Counted from the first letter of the stretch, positions 1 to 10,830 are shown. The stretch: 64,000 nt of DNA from Gammaproteobacteria bacterium (GCA_965237805.1 OZ250153.1:960001-1024000); one strand, 5' to 3'. Made by a program: numbers and translations. The notes: generated from the sequence alone by a model not told the origin.

Positions 1-285
1 CCCTATATCGGTGCTGGCTTTGGCGTCGCCGACACCGAGACCAGCTTTCTGGCACTCGGCGCGGATGCGGGTAGCGCGAATGGCTATGGCGCAGACAAAG
101 ATGCAGTGGCCACGGCGCGCCTGAGCGCCGGTCTGAGCTACCCGATTGATGAGCGCGTCAATCTGGGGATGGAAATGCGTTTCTCTTGGTACGATAAGGC
201 CAACTTCGTTGGTGGCAACTTCTCCCTCGCGGTAGAAGAGCAGTTCCACTTTGGAACGGCGGTGGTGTTGCGCTATCAGTTCTAA
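1..285 (+). CDS. Outer-membrane beta-barrel protein (opacity/OmpA-like), 5'-truncated by the window edge
   Basis: Frame +1 is open from base 1: PYIGAGFG...AGLSYPIDERVNLGMEMRFSWY...AVVLRYQF*. It shows alternating beta-strands and a terminal Phe (BAM signal). Not in the ORF track. Confidence 0.75.
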   Translation, partial: PYIGAGFGVADTETSFLALGADAGSANGYGADKDAVATARLSAGLSYPIDERVNLGMEMRFSWYDKANFVGGNFSLAVEEQFHFGTAVVLRYQF

Positions 286-339
286 TCTCCACGGCGTCTG
301 GGAGGCGACAATCGTGCCCGCTAAACCAATGGCAACGCG

Positions 340-1545
340 GTGTGGCATCGGTGCACCACCGCGCCTGCACCCGCCGTCTTGAGCGAAGCCGAGCCGACAT
401 TTCCGGAGTTTCTCCCCCTCCCAGATAGCGAGGCGGCCGCCGCCGTGCGGCGCTTGGCCGATGCACACATTGTGCGCTTTGCCCTGCTGAGCGGTCTCCA
501 CCCCAAATGGCCACGCCTCTTGCGCTGGTTGCTGTCGCGTCACAACGCCGTGTTGCTGCGCCATCAACTGCGCGCCATCGACACCGTGGCCGCCTTTCAA
601 AATCAGGTGGCAAACTGGTTGCACCGTGCGCTCGCGCACAGCGCAGATGAGATCAGCGACAGCGGCTTCAGCGAACTGGAGCTGGATCGCCCGACCCTGT
701 TCGTCGGCAATCACCGCGACATTGCCCTCGACGGTGTGCTGCTCGACCTGACCTTGCTCAAATACGGTGCCCAAACGGTGCGCCTCGCCATCGGCGACAA
801 CCTATTCCACCCACCGCTAATGGCCGACTTCTTCCGCATCAACCGCGGTTTCAGCGTCCAGCGGGAAGCCACCAGCCGCCGCCAAGCAATGCGCCACATG
901 GCCGCCATATCCTCCTATATCCGCACTTCGCTGTCCGACGGCATCTCGGTATGGATCGCCCAGAACAGCGGGCGCGCCAAAGACGGCATGGACCGAACCA
1001 CCCCCTCGCTGCTATACATGCTCACTCAGGCCTGGCGGCCACTGCCTTTCCCCGACATCATCCGCCAGCTGCGCGTCGTGCCCGTCGCCTGCTCCTATGA
1101 ATACGATCCCTGCACGGCAGAAAAGGCGCAGGCCTGTCTGGTAGCCGAGCAGAGTGCTGGCGGGCGCGCAATGCCCACAGCTGGCAGCAGCGCACCGGAG
1201 CTGCTCAAAGGACTGAGCGGCCACAAGGGGCGCATCCATATCGCCGCCGGCACGGCACTCGACGGGGAATACGCCGATCAGGCAGAAGCCGCCGCCGCCA
1301 TCGACCGCCAGATCCACCGCTTGTTCAGACTCTATCCGCAAAATATCATCGCCGCCCAACAGCTCGAGGGCGCGGCTTGGCCCGAGGATTTCCGCGATGT
1401 CTTCGATCCCGAAGCACCGCAAGCAGTCACGGACAGAACTATTTTTGAGCGCCATATGGCGGCGTTGGCGGCGGAGCTGCACCCCTATGCCCTGCGGGCC
1501 TTAGCTAATCCGGTGATCAACGCCCGCATCGCCAACCGCGATTAG
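340..1545 (+). CDS. Glycerolipid acyltransferase (PlsC/GPAT-like)
   Basis: NHRDIALD (HxxxxD catalytic motif), AIGDNL and WIAQNSGRAKDG. Start codon uncertain. Confidence 0.8.
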   Translation: MWHRCTTAPAPAVLSEAEPTFPEFLPLPDSEAAAAVRRLADAHIVRFALLSGLHPKWPRLLRWLLSRHNAVLLRHQLRAIDTVAAFQNQVANWLHRALAHSADEISDSGFSELELDRPTLFVGNHRDIALDGVLLDLTLLKYGAQTVRLAIGDNLFHPPLMADFFRINRGFSVQREATSRRQAMRHMAAISSYIRTSLSDGISVWIAQNSGRAKDGMDRTTPSLLYMLTQAWRPLPFPDIIRQLRVVPVACSYEYDPCTAEKAQACLVAEQSAGGRAMPTAGSSAPELLKGLSGHKGRIHIAAGTALDGEYADQAEAAAAIDRQIHRLFRLYPQNIIAAQQLEGAAWPEDFRDVFDPEAPQAVTDRTIFERHMAALAAELHPYALRALANPVINARIANRD

Positions 1546-1622
1546 CGGTACAAGCAGCTCAGCTGCCCCGGCAGCATGCTACGCTAAAGCGCAGGCACCA
1601 CCGCTAGAACAGGTGTTGCGAC

Positions 1623-2411
1623 ATGGTGTATGAAATCCCCACCGAGGCAATCGCCGCCGAGCGGCGGCGCCACCGCATCCTCAGCGAATTGCTGGACGAC
1701 CGCACTGGCGCACAGTTTGATCACGCTGGCTTGGCAAGTGGCTGGTGCTGCCTTGAAATTGGCTGCGGCGGCGGCTCGGTGGCGGCGATGCTGGCCGACC
1801 GGGTCGGTGCCGACGGTGAGGTGTTGGCGGTCGACATCAATCTGAGGCTGAGCGATGAATTCTTGCCCGAAGTGCCACCACAGCTGAGCCTGCGCGAATA
1901 CAACATCGAAGAGGGACCGCCCCAATTAGCACATTTTGACTTGGTGCACGCCCGCGCTTTGCTGGAACATTTGGTCGACCCCGCCACCAGCCTGCGGCAT
2001 ATGTATCAAAGCCTGCGACCGGGCGGGCATCTCGCCGTTTCCGGTAGCGATTGGTCGCTGTTCGACCAACAAGACCTGCCCGATCCATTTGGAGCACTCA
2101 TGGCGCAGATGCACCGTCTGGTAGAGCTGCAGGAAAACAGCCATCAACGGCGCATGGGCGCGAAGCTGCTACCGATGCTGAACGAGCTCGGCTTTGTCGA
2201 TATCCACGCCGAAGGGCATGTCTGGCTGATGCGCGGCGGGCAGCCCAGCGCTGAATGGTTCATACAGGCCTTGGAATGGGCACTGCCTGACTTGACGAGC
2301 CAAGGGCTGGTGGACGGCGAGCTGGCGACTCGTGCGCTGGCTCAAGCACGGGAGCCAGACTTCACGATCCTCTCGCCGGTACACCTCGCCGTCAACGCGA
2401 GGCGTCCATAG
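1623..2411 (+). CDS. Class I SAM-dependent methyltransferase
   Basis: LEIGCGGG motif I, VLAVD, FDLVHARALLEH and LRPGG. Confidence 0.85.
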   Translation: MVYEIPTEAIAAERRRHRILSELLDDRTGAQFDHAGLASGWCCLEIGCGGGSVAAMLADRVGADGEVLAVDINLRLSDEFLPEVPPQLSLREYNIEEGPPQLAHFDLVHARALLEHLVDPATSLRHMYQSLRPGGHLAVSGSDWSLFDQQDLPDPFGALMAQMHRLVELQENSHQRRMGAKLLPMLNELGFVDIHAEGHVWLMRGGQPSAEWFIQALEWALPDLTSQGLVDGELATRALAQAREPDFTILSPVHLAVNARRP

Positions 2412-2433
2412 CGACCCGCGTCTAGGCCCGCGT

Positions 2434-5244
2434 CTAGGCCCGAGGCCGCCGTCGGCGCGGCTTCTTGCGCGCTGGCACATCAGCCCGTTTCGCTATTGCT
2501 GCCAGTGCTTTGCGCTGGTGTTCCGCAACGGCACCGAGCTGTTGCTCAAGCGCCTCGACGGCGGCAGCGAAGCGCCCTGCCAAGGCCTTTTCGGTCTCCG
2601 GGTCGGCAACCGGCCCACACAGCCACTCACGGCGCAACGCATCCACTTGGCCACGGCTGATCTGCCCACTTTTGAGCCCCTGATGCTGCATGTTTTGCAG
2701 CTGATAGGTGGTGCGCAATTCGCTGTCCTCAGGCGGGGAATCGATAGCGGCCAACAGCTCGGCGCGGATACAGGCAAGGTGCCGCTCCTGCGGCGGCACA
2801 GCGGGCTCCCCAGCCATGGCAGCCGCCCAGCGGTGCTGCATGGCCTGGTGTAGCTTGGGCGGCAAATCGATGCCGCTGGACCACTGCGAAGCCAGCTCCT
2901 CGCCCAGTGTGGTGCGCTCTGCTGGCTCAGCACCCTCGAGACACAGACATAAATCGGCCCGACGACCGAGCTCCTCGCGCTCTGTCTGCATGCGCTGCCG
3001 CGCCGTGTGTCGCTGGCGGCGTTCAGCACACTGCTCGTACTCACGCCGCAGCTTGGCAGCTGCGTCGCCAGCGATGTGCTCCTCGGCGAGCAGGGCATCG
3101 GCCTCTTGGCATAACTGCTGGTAGCGCTCTGCCGCCGCCGTCGGCTCCAACGCTCGCAAGGCGGCGGTCAAATCGCGCAGCTTGCCCTGCTGTTCGGCAC
3201 GCTCGCGCTGACGGCGCAGCCGGGCATCCTCGGCACCGGCAAAAAAAGTGTCCATAACCGCTTGGAAGGCCTGTGCTTGCTGCGGGTCGTCCTCGGCCAT
3301 CAAGGTCTTGAAATGATGTTGCATCAGCTTGGCTTTTTGCGCATCTTTGGGGGCGACCAAAGCCTGTGCCTGCGCGATCAACTGTTGTCGCTGTCGATGG
3401 AGTGCGGCGCGTGCGGGCTCGAGGTGCTGGTCCAGCTCGGCACACAGCTGCCGATAGCGCTGCTCCACCGCCTCCCTCTGCTCCTTCGGCACCGGCCCCG
3501 ACCGCTGCCACTGACTGTCAACGCGCTGCAACAGCGCCATCGTCTCCTGCCAATCCGGACGCTCCGGATCGATCTGTCCAAGCCACTCGGCGAGCTGTGC
3601 ACACAGTTTTTGGCGCTGCTGGAGATTCTGTTCACGCTGCGCCCGTTCGCGTTCGAAGAAGGCCGCACAGGGCTCAAAAGCACGCTCGGAGAGGCTGCGA
3701 AAACGCTGCCACAAATCCTCATCGCCAACCCGACCCAGCGACTGCCACTGCTGTTGCAACGCCTTGATGCGTGCCGCCTTGGCCCTGGGATGCATGTCCT
3801 CCCGAGCCAGCCGCTCCATCTCGTCACAGAGGGCGATGTATTTGGGCTGGGCGGCAAAATCGCGCCAGCCACTCAATTCTTCCAAACGCTTCTTGGCCCC
3901 CTCCAAAGCCTGCATGCTGCGCTGCCTGGCCCGCTCGCCCAGCTGGGACAGCTGTTCGGCTTCGGTTCGCCGCAACAAGGCGGTCGCTTGGCGCAAACTC
4001 CCTCTGCGCAACAGGCCATGCAGGCGCTTGACCGCCGTCTCGATCTTCGCCTCCACGACCCGCTCGGCCTGCTCCAAGTGCCGACAACACTTGCGCTGGC
4101 GTTTGATCGCACCGTGCAACTCCACCAGCACACTCGGCTCAGCAAAGGCTGGCGGCCATGCGAGCTGCTGCTGTAACTCCTCCAAGCGCTCACTGCGCTG
4201 ACTGGCGACCAGCAAGGATTCGTCGAGCTCGGGCTCGGCCAAGAGCTGCTCCAACTGCGGCTGTTTGGCCACCACCGAATCGACTGCGGCACAGAAGCTG
4301 TCGACTTGGACAAGCAGCTGCTGCCAGCGCTGTCCCAAAGCATCGTCGGGTGCCACTTCCTCGGCGAGGGCTCCGGCCCATAGCGCCTCCTGCTCTCGCA
4401 ACACGCAACGCAACGCCACCGTGTCCAGCAGCGGTGGCTCGACGGCGCTGAGCCCCGGCCGCACGGGCCCAACACGCAATGGGACCAAGGCCTCCTCCAG
4501 CAACTCGCAACAACGCTGCATCTGCAACGGCAATTCGACTGCACGGCGGTGATCCTCCACCCGCTCTTCGCAGCGCCGTTGCGCGCGCGTCGCGCGTTGG
4601 TGCAACTCGGCCGAGGCACCGTCGGCTTGGTGCTGCCATTTGCGCAGGCGATGCGCCAGCTGATGGCCATAGCTGGCATGCCACGGCGCTTGCGCCAGCA
4701 CCTCCAGCGCGGCGCAACTCTGCTCCCGCCCCTGCCACTGGTCCTGCTGACGGCGCTCCTCGTCGGCTCGCTTTTCCAGTCGAGCTCGCACCGCACGCGC
4801 AACTCGCCGGTCGCGCTGAATCGCGCTCTTGAGCACTGTGCCAAGCAATGTGGTATCGGTGATGCTTTGGGCCGCGCTGAGGCGGGTGCCACCATCTTCG
4901 GCCTCAACTGCTATCACCGCCAACGCGGCGTCATCCGCCGTTGCCGCCAAGCGCGCCACCGCCTCTCTCTGCTGTGACGGCTCGGCATGATAGAGCGCAC
5001 TCAGCAAGTCGCCCACACCGCCGCCGTCGATCAGCTCGCGCAACCGCACGCGCAACGCTTGGCGAATGCGCTCTGGTGCTATGGGTTCCGCCCGCAACAG
5101 GGCATGCAACAACTCTGGCTGAGACTGCTCGGCCAATCGCCGTGCCAACGGCAGCCCATCGCCCTGCTGCGCGGCAGCGAGATCGAGTTCCTCTCGCAGG
5201 CCAGCGAGGACAGCGGGCACCGTCGCCTGATCATCCATCGCCAA
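2434..5244 (-). CDS. DUF349-type helical repeat protein
   Basis: All-helical, with repeats such as IKALQQQWQSLG..LWQRF and W..SGPVP, plus WRDFAAQPK..LC and CIRAELLAAIDSPPEDSELR. Confidence 0.7.
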   Translation of the reverse strand: MAMDDQATVPAVLAGLREELDLAAAQQGDGLPLARRLAEQSQPELLHALLRAEPIAPERIRQALRVRLRELIDGGGVGDLLSALYHAEPSQQREAVARLAATADDAALAVIAVEAEDGGTRLSAAQSITDTTLLGTVLKSAIQRDRRVARAVRARLEKRADEERRQQDQWQGREQSCAALEVLAQAPWHASYGHQLAHRLRKWQHQADGASAELHQRATRAQRRCEERVEDHRRAVELPLQMQRCCELLEEALVPLRVGPVRPGLSAVEPPLLDTVALRCVLREQEALWAGALAEEVAPDDALGQRWQQLLVQVDSFCAAVDSVVAKQPQLEQLLAEPELDESLLVASQRSERLEELQQQLAWPPAFAEPSVLVELHGAIKRQRKCCRHLEQAERVVEAKIETAVKRLHGLLRRGSLRQATALLRRTEAEQLSQLGERARQRSMQALEGAKKRLEELSGWRDFAAQPKYIALCDEMERLAREDMHPRAKAARIKALQQQWQSLGRVGDEDLWQRFRSLSERAFEPCAAFFERERAQREQNLQQRQKLCAQLAEWLGQIDPERPDWQETMALLQRVDSQWQRSGPVPKEQREAVEQRYRQLCAELDQHLEPARAALHRQRQQLIAQAQALVAPKDAQKAKLMQHHFKTLMAEDDPQQAQAFQAVMDTFFAGAEDARLRRQRERAEQQGKLRDLTAALRALEPTAAAERYQQLCQEADALLAEEHIAGDAAAKLRREYEQCAERRQRHTARQRMQTEREELGRRADLCLCLEGAEPAERTTLGEELASQWSSGIDLPPKLHQAMQHRWAAAMAGEPAVPPQERHLACIRAELLAAIDSPPEDSELRTTYQLQNMQHQGLKSGQISRGQVDALRREWLCGPVADPETEKALAGRFAAAVEALEQQLGAVAEHQRKALAAIAKRADVPARKKPRRRRPRA

Positions 5245-5385
5245 GGCTCTGTCTTATGCTTGAGGCCATGGGATTCGCCGATACCTGCGGCGGGAGCCAC
5301 GTGCCCCGATTGTCAACCCGCCATCACATGCAGGTCGATCCTCCGCTATTCTAGCACTGGGAAAGGCGCTGAGCGGCTGGGGCCA

Positions 5386-7479
5386 ATGCTTGAGACCATA
5401 GTTGAGACCATGAACGATGCCTACCGCCAGTGGCTCGCTGGCATGGGCTTCTCGGAACGCCCCGAGCAGCTGCGGATGATGCGCAGCATTGCCAGCGCGC
5501 TGTTGCGAGTCGACGGCTCACCGCCGCTGAGCGCTATCGAAGCGCCGTCCGGCACTGGCAAGACTGTCGCCTATCTGCACGCGGCCATCCCACTGGCACG
5601 CGCACTCGGCAAGCAGGTGGTGGTGTCGACCTCAACTATCACGCTGCAGGAGCAACTGATGCACAAGGATCTGCCATCACTGTGCGAACACAGCGGCTTG
5701 GCTTTCGACTACGCACTAGTCAAGGGACGGCGGCGCTACTTATGCCGTGCGCGCTTTGAGCAGAACGCCGGGCTTGACGACGCTGCGCCGCAGGGCGATT
5801 TCGATTTGGAAAAATCACCACCGGCCGCTGGGACACGCACACTCTATCGGGAGCTGCGAGCGGCCTTGGACAGCGGCGAATGGGATGGCGACAGAGATCA
5901 CTGGCCGGGAAATACGGCGATGCCAGAGCGGGACTGGTTGGCGGTGACCAGCAGCAGTGCCGAATGCCCCGGGCATCGTTGCGGACACTTCCAAGACTGT
6001 TGCCTCTACGCCGCTCGACAGCAGGCATCCCACGTGCTGTGCCGGATCACCAACCACGACTTGCTATTGGCCGATCTGATGCTGGGTGGCGGCGTACTGT
6101 TGCCTGCGCCCGAGCAGACCATCTACATCATCGATGAAGCGCACCGGCTGGGTGACAAGCTGTGCAACAGCATGAGCTGTCATGTCGGGCTGGAAACCAG
6201 TGCACAGTGGATCGACAGCTGTGATGCCTACCTCGGCCGCTGCTCAGAGCAGCCGCTGTCCGGAGTCGCCTTGGCCAGTGACTTGCAACAGAAATTGGCG
6301 CAGGCCGGTACGCACTTGGCCAGCTTGCGGCAAACATTGACCGCGTTGCGCACCCAACTCGCCAAGCAGTTGCGGGCGAATCGCTCGGTGGTGGTGCTGG
6401 AGCAGATAGCACCGGAGCTGGCGGCACTGGCCAAGCGTGCGAGCTCTCACTACAGCCACATGGCCGAGCTGCTCGGCGCGGCGCGCGATGCCTGTGGTGC
6501 GGCAGTGGCCAATGCGCGTGGCGCGGCGGCCGAGATCGAGCGGCGCTACCGCGAGCTGGGCAACTTGCTGAGCCACGCCGAAACAGCGCAGGCGCTGTGG
6601 CACCGCTACGCTGAAGCCGACGAGGAGGATCAGCCGCCATGGGCGCGGTGGCTACAATGGGAGGGTTCCTCGCTGGCGCAGATCTCGGCGGCTCCGGTGC
6701 GCGGCGGCCAGCTGTTGCGCAATCAGCTGTGGTCGCGCTGTGCCGGGGCCGCGCTGAGCGCGGCCACACTGACAGCGCTCGGGCGCTTCGATCTGCTCTG
6801 CGCCCAGACCGGTCTGCCCACAGACAGCGCTTTCGATTGCTTGCCGCAGGTCTTCGACCACCAGCGGGCGGCCTCTCTGCATATCCCACAACGCGGCTTC
6901 GACCCGCGCGAGGCGGCGCGGCACAGCCGCGAGGTCTCGGTCCTACTGGCCCGGCTGTTGCCACAGCAAAGCGGCGGCAGCTTGGTGCTGTGCGCCTCGC
7001 ACCACCAACTGACCGAGTTGGTGGCGGCACTGCCCAGCCCACTGCGGGCGCTTGCTCTGGTGCAGGGGGAGGGACTGAGCCGCAGCCAGCTGCTAGTGCA
7101 GCACCGCCAAGCGGTGGACGCAGGTCGCCGTAGCGTGCTGTTCGGTCTGGCCAGCTTCGCCGAGGGCGTGGATCTGCCCGGCGACTACTGCCGTTTGGTC
7201 GTGCTGACCAAATTGCCCTTCGCCCCGCCAGACGATCCGATCACTCAGACGCTATCGCGCTGGATAGAACGCAGCGGTGGGAGCAGCTTTGAGGAGGTGG
7301 CTCTGCCTGAGGCGTCGCGGCGCTTAGTGCAGGCCTGCGGGCGCCTGCTGCGCGCTGAAGACGACAGCGGGCGCATCGCCTGCTTGGACAGCCGACTCCA
7401 CACTAGCACTTACGGCGCACGCCTGCTCGCCACGTTGCCGCCCTACAGGCTCGCTACGCTGGAAGCGTTGTGGGCGTAG
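5386..7479 (+). CDS. dinG: ATP-dependent DNA helicase DinG
   Basis: EAPSGTGKT Walker A, KGRRRYLC, Fe-S cysteines, IIDEAH, SFAEGVDLPG and QACGRLLR. Start moved to ATG 5386 because the longer ORF overlaps the divergent gene. Confidence 0.9.
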   Translation: MLETIVETMNDAYRQWLAGMGFSERPEQLRMMRSIASALLRVDGSPPLSAIEAPSGTGKTVAYLHAAIPLARALGKQVVVSTSTITLQEQLMHKDLPSLCEHSGLAFDYALVKGRRRYLCRARFEQNAGLDDAAPQGDFDLEKSPPAAGTRTLYRELRAALDSGEWDGDRDHWPGNTAMPERDWLAVTSSSAECPGHRCGHFQDCCLYAARQQASHVLCRITNHDLLLADLMLGGGVLLPAPEQTIYIIDEAHRLGDKLCNSMSCHVGLETSAQWIDSCDAYLGRCSEQPLSGVALASDLQQKLAQAGTHLASLRQTLTALRTQLAKQLRANRSVVVLEQIAPELAALAKRASSHYSHMAELLGAARDACGAAVANARGAAAEIERRYRELGNLLSHAETAQALWHRYAEADEEDQPPWARWLQWEGSSLAQISAAPVRGGQLLRNQLWSRCAGAALSAATLTALGRFDLLCAQTGLPTDSAFDCLPQVFDHQRAASLHIPQRGFDPREAARHSREVSVLLARLLPQQSGGSLVLCASHHQLTELVAALPSPLRALALVQGEGLSRSQLLVQHRQAVDAGRRSVLFGLASFAEGVDLPGDYCRLVVLTKLPFAPPDDPITQTLSRWIERSGGSSFEEVALPEASRRLVQACGRLLRAEDDSGRIACLDSRLHTSTYGARLLATLPPYRLATLEALWA

Positions 7480-7494
7480 CACAAAGCGCGGTGG

Positions 7495-7959
7495 CTAAAA
7501 GCGGCGGTGGAACTTCTCGGGATTGGCCCAGTGCTCGGAGCTGTTCCAACGGCGCTTCGGGTTGTAGTGGCGAGCATCGTAGCGGTAGACCTCGCCCGGT
7601 TGCCCCAACTCACGCAGACGCTCCAAGCCCAAGGCATAGAAATCGCACTGCGACCACGAAATGAGAGACTCAGTCTCGGTTTCCAAGAGATAGAAGAGAT
7701 GGCTGTGAAAATCGCGCAGGCGGGCGAGCAGGCGTTCGCCGTGAGGGCGCTCCACACCACCGAGTTGATTGATCAGCAACACCAGATCAAAACGTCCACT
7801 CAAGTCACTCAGCTGCGATGCCGTGGCCAGCGAGTACAGCGCGTGGTCATCCGCCCGCCCCCACTGCTCGAGCACCGGCAATGGCTGGGCACTAAAACAA
7901 AGTAGCGAATGCGGCCGGTGGTGCCGCAGCAACCCTTCTAGCCAGTCGTCCAGAGCCAA
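7495..7959 (-). CDS. DUF6231-like protein
   Basis: LLARLRD, DFYALG and a C-terminal YRYD..HYNPKRRWNSSEHWANPE pattern. Confidence 0.6.
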   Translation of the reverse strand: MALDDWLEGLLRHHRPHSLLCFSAQPLPVLEQWGRADDHALYSLATASQLSDLSGRFDLVLLINQLGGVERPHGERLLARLRDFHSHLFYLLETETESLISWSQCDFYALGLERLRELGQPGEVYRYDARHYNPKRRWNSSEHWANPEKFHRRF

Positions 7960-7961
7960 GG

Positions 7962-8897
7962 TCAGCGGACGATGGCTGGGTGCGGCTCCCTAGGATCGCC
8001 AAACAGGGGGCGGTGCGAGACCGGCGCTTTGCCGTCGATGTCCAAGATGCCGTACTCGGCACCCAACTCGGCACTGATGAAGGTGCGCCCAGACTTCGCC
8101 ATGCGCTCCGGGTCGCGGTAGAGTGCGGCGATGACGCGCCCGGTGAATTGCGGCCATTCAGCGAGCGGCTCCAGCTCGGCGTAGGCCTCTGGCTTTTCCT
8201 TGAAGACACGCTCGGTGCGCTCGGTGTGCAACAGGCCGAGCCACAGCGAGGCGCTGGCGACATCGTGCTCGCGCAGATCGACGGCCATATCGGCAGCGAA
8301 TTTATCGACCCCCGCTTTCTGTGCACCATAGGCCGGGCCATGCATATAGCAAGCGCCGCCGAAGGAAGAAGTAAAACAGATCAACCCCTCGCGACGTGCC
8401 ACCATCAACGGTGCCGCATAGTAGCTGGCGACATAGGCTGAACGCAGGCCGACATCGAGGATGTCGACCAAGGCCAAGGATTTTTCCCAGAATGGGGCGG
8501 CTTCGATCAGCTGATCATGGATGTCGGTGGCATTGTTGACCAAGATGTCTAGGCACCCCCCCGATTCGTCGGCGACGCGCTCGAATAGTGCGCTCACTTG
8601 GGTGTCGTCGGCGTGATCGCAAGCCACGGCCACACCGGTGCCAGAGCCGGTAGCACTGATTTCATCAGCAGTAGCGCCGATGGTGCCGGGCAGTGAGGCC
8701 ACGCCCTCCTCGACCGTGCGCCCGGTCACATAGACGGTGGCACCAGCAGCACCCAGCGCCAAGGCGATGCCACGCCCAGCACCGCGGCTGGCACCGGTCA
8801 CCACACAGATGCAACCGACCAACTGCTGTTCGGTGGTGGACGAATTGTCCTCTGCGCTCATATCATCGCCTGCGGCAATGCGATCCCTGCCCTCCAT
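7962..8897 (-). CDS. SDR oxidoreductase (DHRS1-like)
   Basis: TGASRGAG, LDILVNNA and YGAQK (YxxxK). Confidence 0.9.
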   Translation of the reverse strand: MEGRDRIAAGDDMSAEDNSSTTEQQLVGCICVVTGASRGAGRGIALALGAAGATVYVTGRTVEEGVASLPGTIGATADEISATGSGTGVAVACDHADDTQVSALFERVADESGGCLDILVNNATDIHDQLIEAAPFWEKSLALVDILDVGLRSAYVASYYAAPLMVARREGLICFTSSFGGACYMHGPAYGAQKAGVDKFAADMAVDLREHDVASASLWLGLLHTERTERVFKEKPEAYAELEPLAEWPQFTGRVIAALYRDPERMAKSGRTFISAELGAEYGILDIDGKAPVSHRPLFGDPREPHPAIVR

Positions 8898-8922
8898 GAT
8901 AACGGGAGCAGCGCGATGGCGG

Positions 8923-9465
8923 TCAGAGCGGCGGCGCGGTGCTGAGCGGCCATTGCATCAATGCGGTATGGCGGGCCCCCTCCGGGCGCAGCTCACTCTG
9001 GTACAGGGTGACGGCATGGCAGTCCAGCGACGGCAACGTCTGCGGTGACGGTAGTAGCGGCACCACCGCACCACGGCGCAGGCGAGCCAGCGTGATGTGG
9101 CCGCGGAAGCGCCGCCGCGGTGCTGGCAGGCCAGCGCGGTAAGCTGCGCCGCGCAGCGCCGCGGCCAAAGCCTCCAGCACATTCGGCGTAGCGGCCATCA
9201 CCGCCACCACTTGGGGGCGGGCAGTTGACGGAAACAACGCCGGACCGCTGAGCGGCACCGCACAGGAGTGGTGTCGCGCAATGACCTGCTCCGCGCAATA
9301 CATCAGTCGCTCGAGCTGTTGTGCCGGAGCGACTTCGATGAAGTGCAAAGTCAGGTGCAGCTGAGCTGGCGGCACCACACGCAGCGCGCCACCCAGCTCC
9401 GTCGCCAGCGCCGCCAGACGGCAGCGCAACACATCGTCGGGGACGACGGCAAAAAACAGACGCAT
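8923..9465 (-). CDS. thpR: RNA 2',3'-cyclic phosphodiesterase (2H family)
   Basis: MRLFFA start, the two 2H motifs HLTL and HITL, and LYQS. Confidence 0.85.
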   Translation of the reverse strand: MRLFFAVVPDDVLRCRLAALATELGGALRVVPPAQLHLTLHFIEVAPAQQLERLMYCAEQVIARHHSCAVPLSGPALFPSTARPQVVAVMAATPNVLEALAAALRGAAYRAGLPAPRRRFRGHITLARLRRGAVVPLLPSPQTLPSLDCHAVTLYQSELRPEGARHTALMQWPLSTAPPL

Positions 9466-9564
9466 GGCCTAAGTATAAGACGCTCGCCCCGCGCTACTGG
9501 CAACGGCTCCCGCACGACACCCAGCGACTATACTTCGCATCTCATAGCCCCCACGCCCATAAAT

Positions 9565-10830
9565 ATGAGCAAAAGCGACACCGCGCCCGTTCACCTCGAA
9601 GATTTGGATGCCCCCCAATTGGCCCCCGAACTGCGCCAAATGATGGCGGAGATGGTGGCCGCCTCCCCACACGCTGTCTACACCGAGCAGGCGGTGTTGG
9701 ATACTGCGCGCGAGCAGACCGGACTGGATGACTTCGGCGACGAATCCTTCCGCGTGCAGCTGCGCAAAGCGCTGGCAGCGATGGATGGCGATGACGGCCA
9801 GAGTGCTTTTGGCCGTCTGAGCAACTTCAATCTCATCGTGCGCAATGTCGCCAACCGACTACGCTTAGAGCAGCTAATCAGTCAGCATCCGGAGATCGAG
9901 CAGCTCAGCATCGACCGCCCGATCATCATCGCTGGATTGCCGCGTAGCGGCACCACCCATATGCACAACCTGTTGGGTGAGGATCCGCACTCGCGCTACC
10001 TGCCCTACTGGGAATCGATGGAGCCAGTGCCACCGCCAGAGGATCAAGCGGCAGCAGGCACGGAGGATCCGCGCATCACGCGCTGCCGCGAGGCCTTGGC
10101 AATGCAGGATGCGGTGCTGCCCTATTTCCGTAATATGCACGAGATGGTGCCAGAGCACGCCCATGAGGAGATCGAACTGGCGATGATGAACTGCTCCTCC
10201 ATGTTGTTTGAGACCTACGCCATGGTGCCGTCGTGGCGCGATTACTATCTGAGTTGCGATCAGGGTCCCAGCTACCGCTATATGCTGCGCGCCCTCAAGG
10301 CCGTGCAATGGCAGCGCGGCCCCAATGCTTGGGTGTTGAAGTCACCGCAGCACATCGAGCAACTGCCGACGCTGGCCGAAACCTTTCCCGATGCCACTTT
10401 TGTCTTGCCACACCGCGACCCGGTGGCAATCGTGGTGTCGCTGTCGACCATGCTGTCCTATACCTTCCGCCTGAGCCGCGACCCGGTGCGCCCGCAGGAG
10501 GTCGCTGCTTACTGGAGCGACCGCTTGCTACGCATGATCACGGCCTGTGTCCGCGACCACGACAAACTGCCACCTGCACGCGTCGTGGATGTGAACTTCG
10601 ACGACTTCATGGCCGACCCGATAGCGTTGATGGAGCGCATTTACCAAACGGCTGGGCGCGAGCTGAATGCCGAGTCCCGCCAAGCGCTGGAATCGTACCA
10701 AGCCAGCCACCAGCGCGGCCGCTTTGGCCGCGTCATCTACGACCCCGAGGCGCTGGGTTTGGATATCTCTAAGATGCGCGAGGATTTTCGCTTTTATATG
10801 GAACGCTTCGGACTACGCGAAGAATATTGA
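9565..10830 (+). CDS. Sulfotransferase family protein
   Basis: PIIIAGLPRSGTT (PAPS loop), WVLKSPQH and HRDP. ATG at 9565. Confidence 0.85.
   Translation: MSKSDTAPVHLEDLDAPQLAPELRQMMAEMVAASPHAVYTEQAVLDTAREQTGLDDFGDESFRVQLRKALAAMDGDDGQSAFGRLSNFNLIVRNVANRLRLEQLISQHPEIEQLSIDRPIIIAGLPRSGTTHMHNLLGEDPHSRYLPYWESMEPVPPPEDQAAAGTEDPRITRCREALAMQDAVLPYFRNMHEMVPEHAHEEIELAMMNCSSMLFETYAMVPSWRDYYLSCDQGPSYRYMLRALKAVQWQRGPNAWVLKSPQHIEQLPTLAETFPDATFVLPHRDPVAIVVSLSTMLSYTFRLSRDPVRPQEVAAYWSDRLLRMITACVRDHDKLPPARVVDVNFDDFMADPIALMERIYQTAGRELNAESRQALESYQASHQRGRFGRVIYDPEALGLDISKMREDFRFYMERFGLREEY

Noticed and set aside
4987-5385. N-terminal extension of DinG in the ORF track
   Set aside because: It overlaps the divergent DUF349 gene, and the helicase motifs begin after ATG 5386. 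Similar over-long starts were trimmed for nrdA, argG, hsaC, murL, trpC and trpE.
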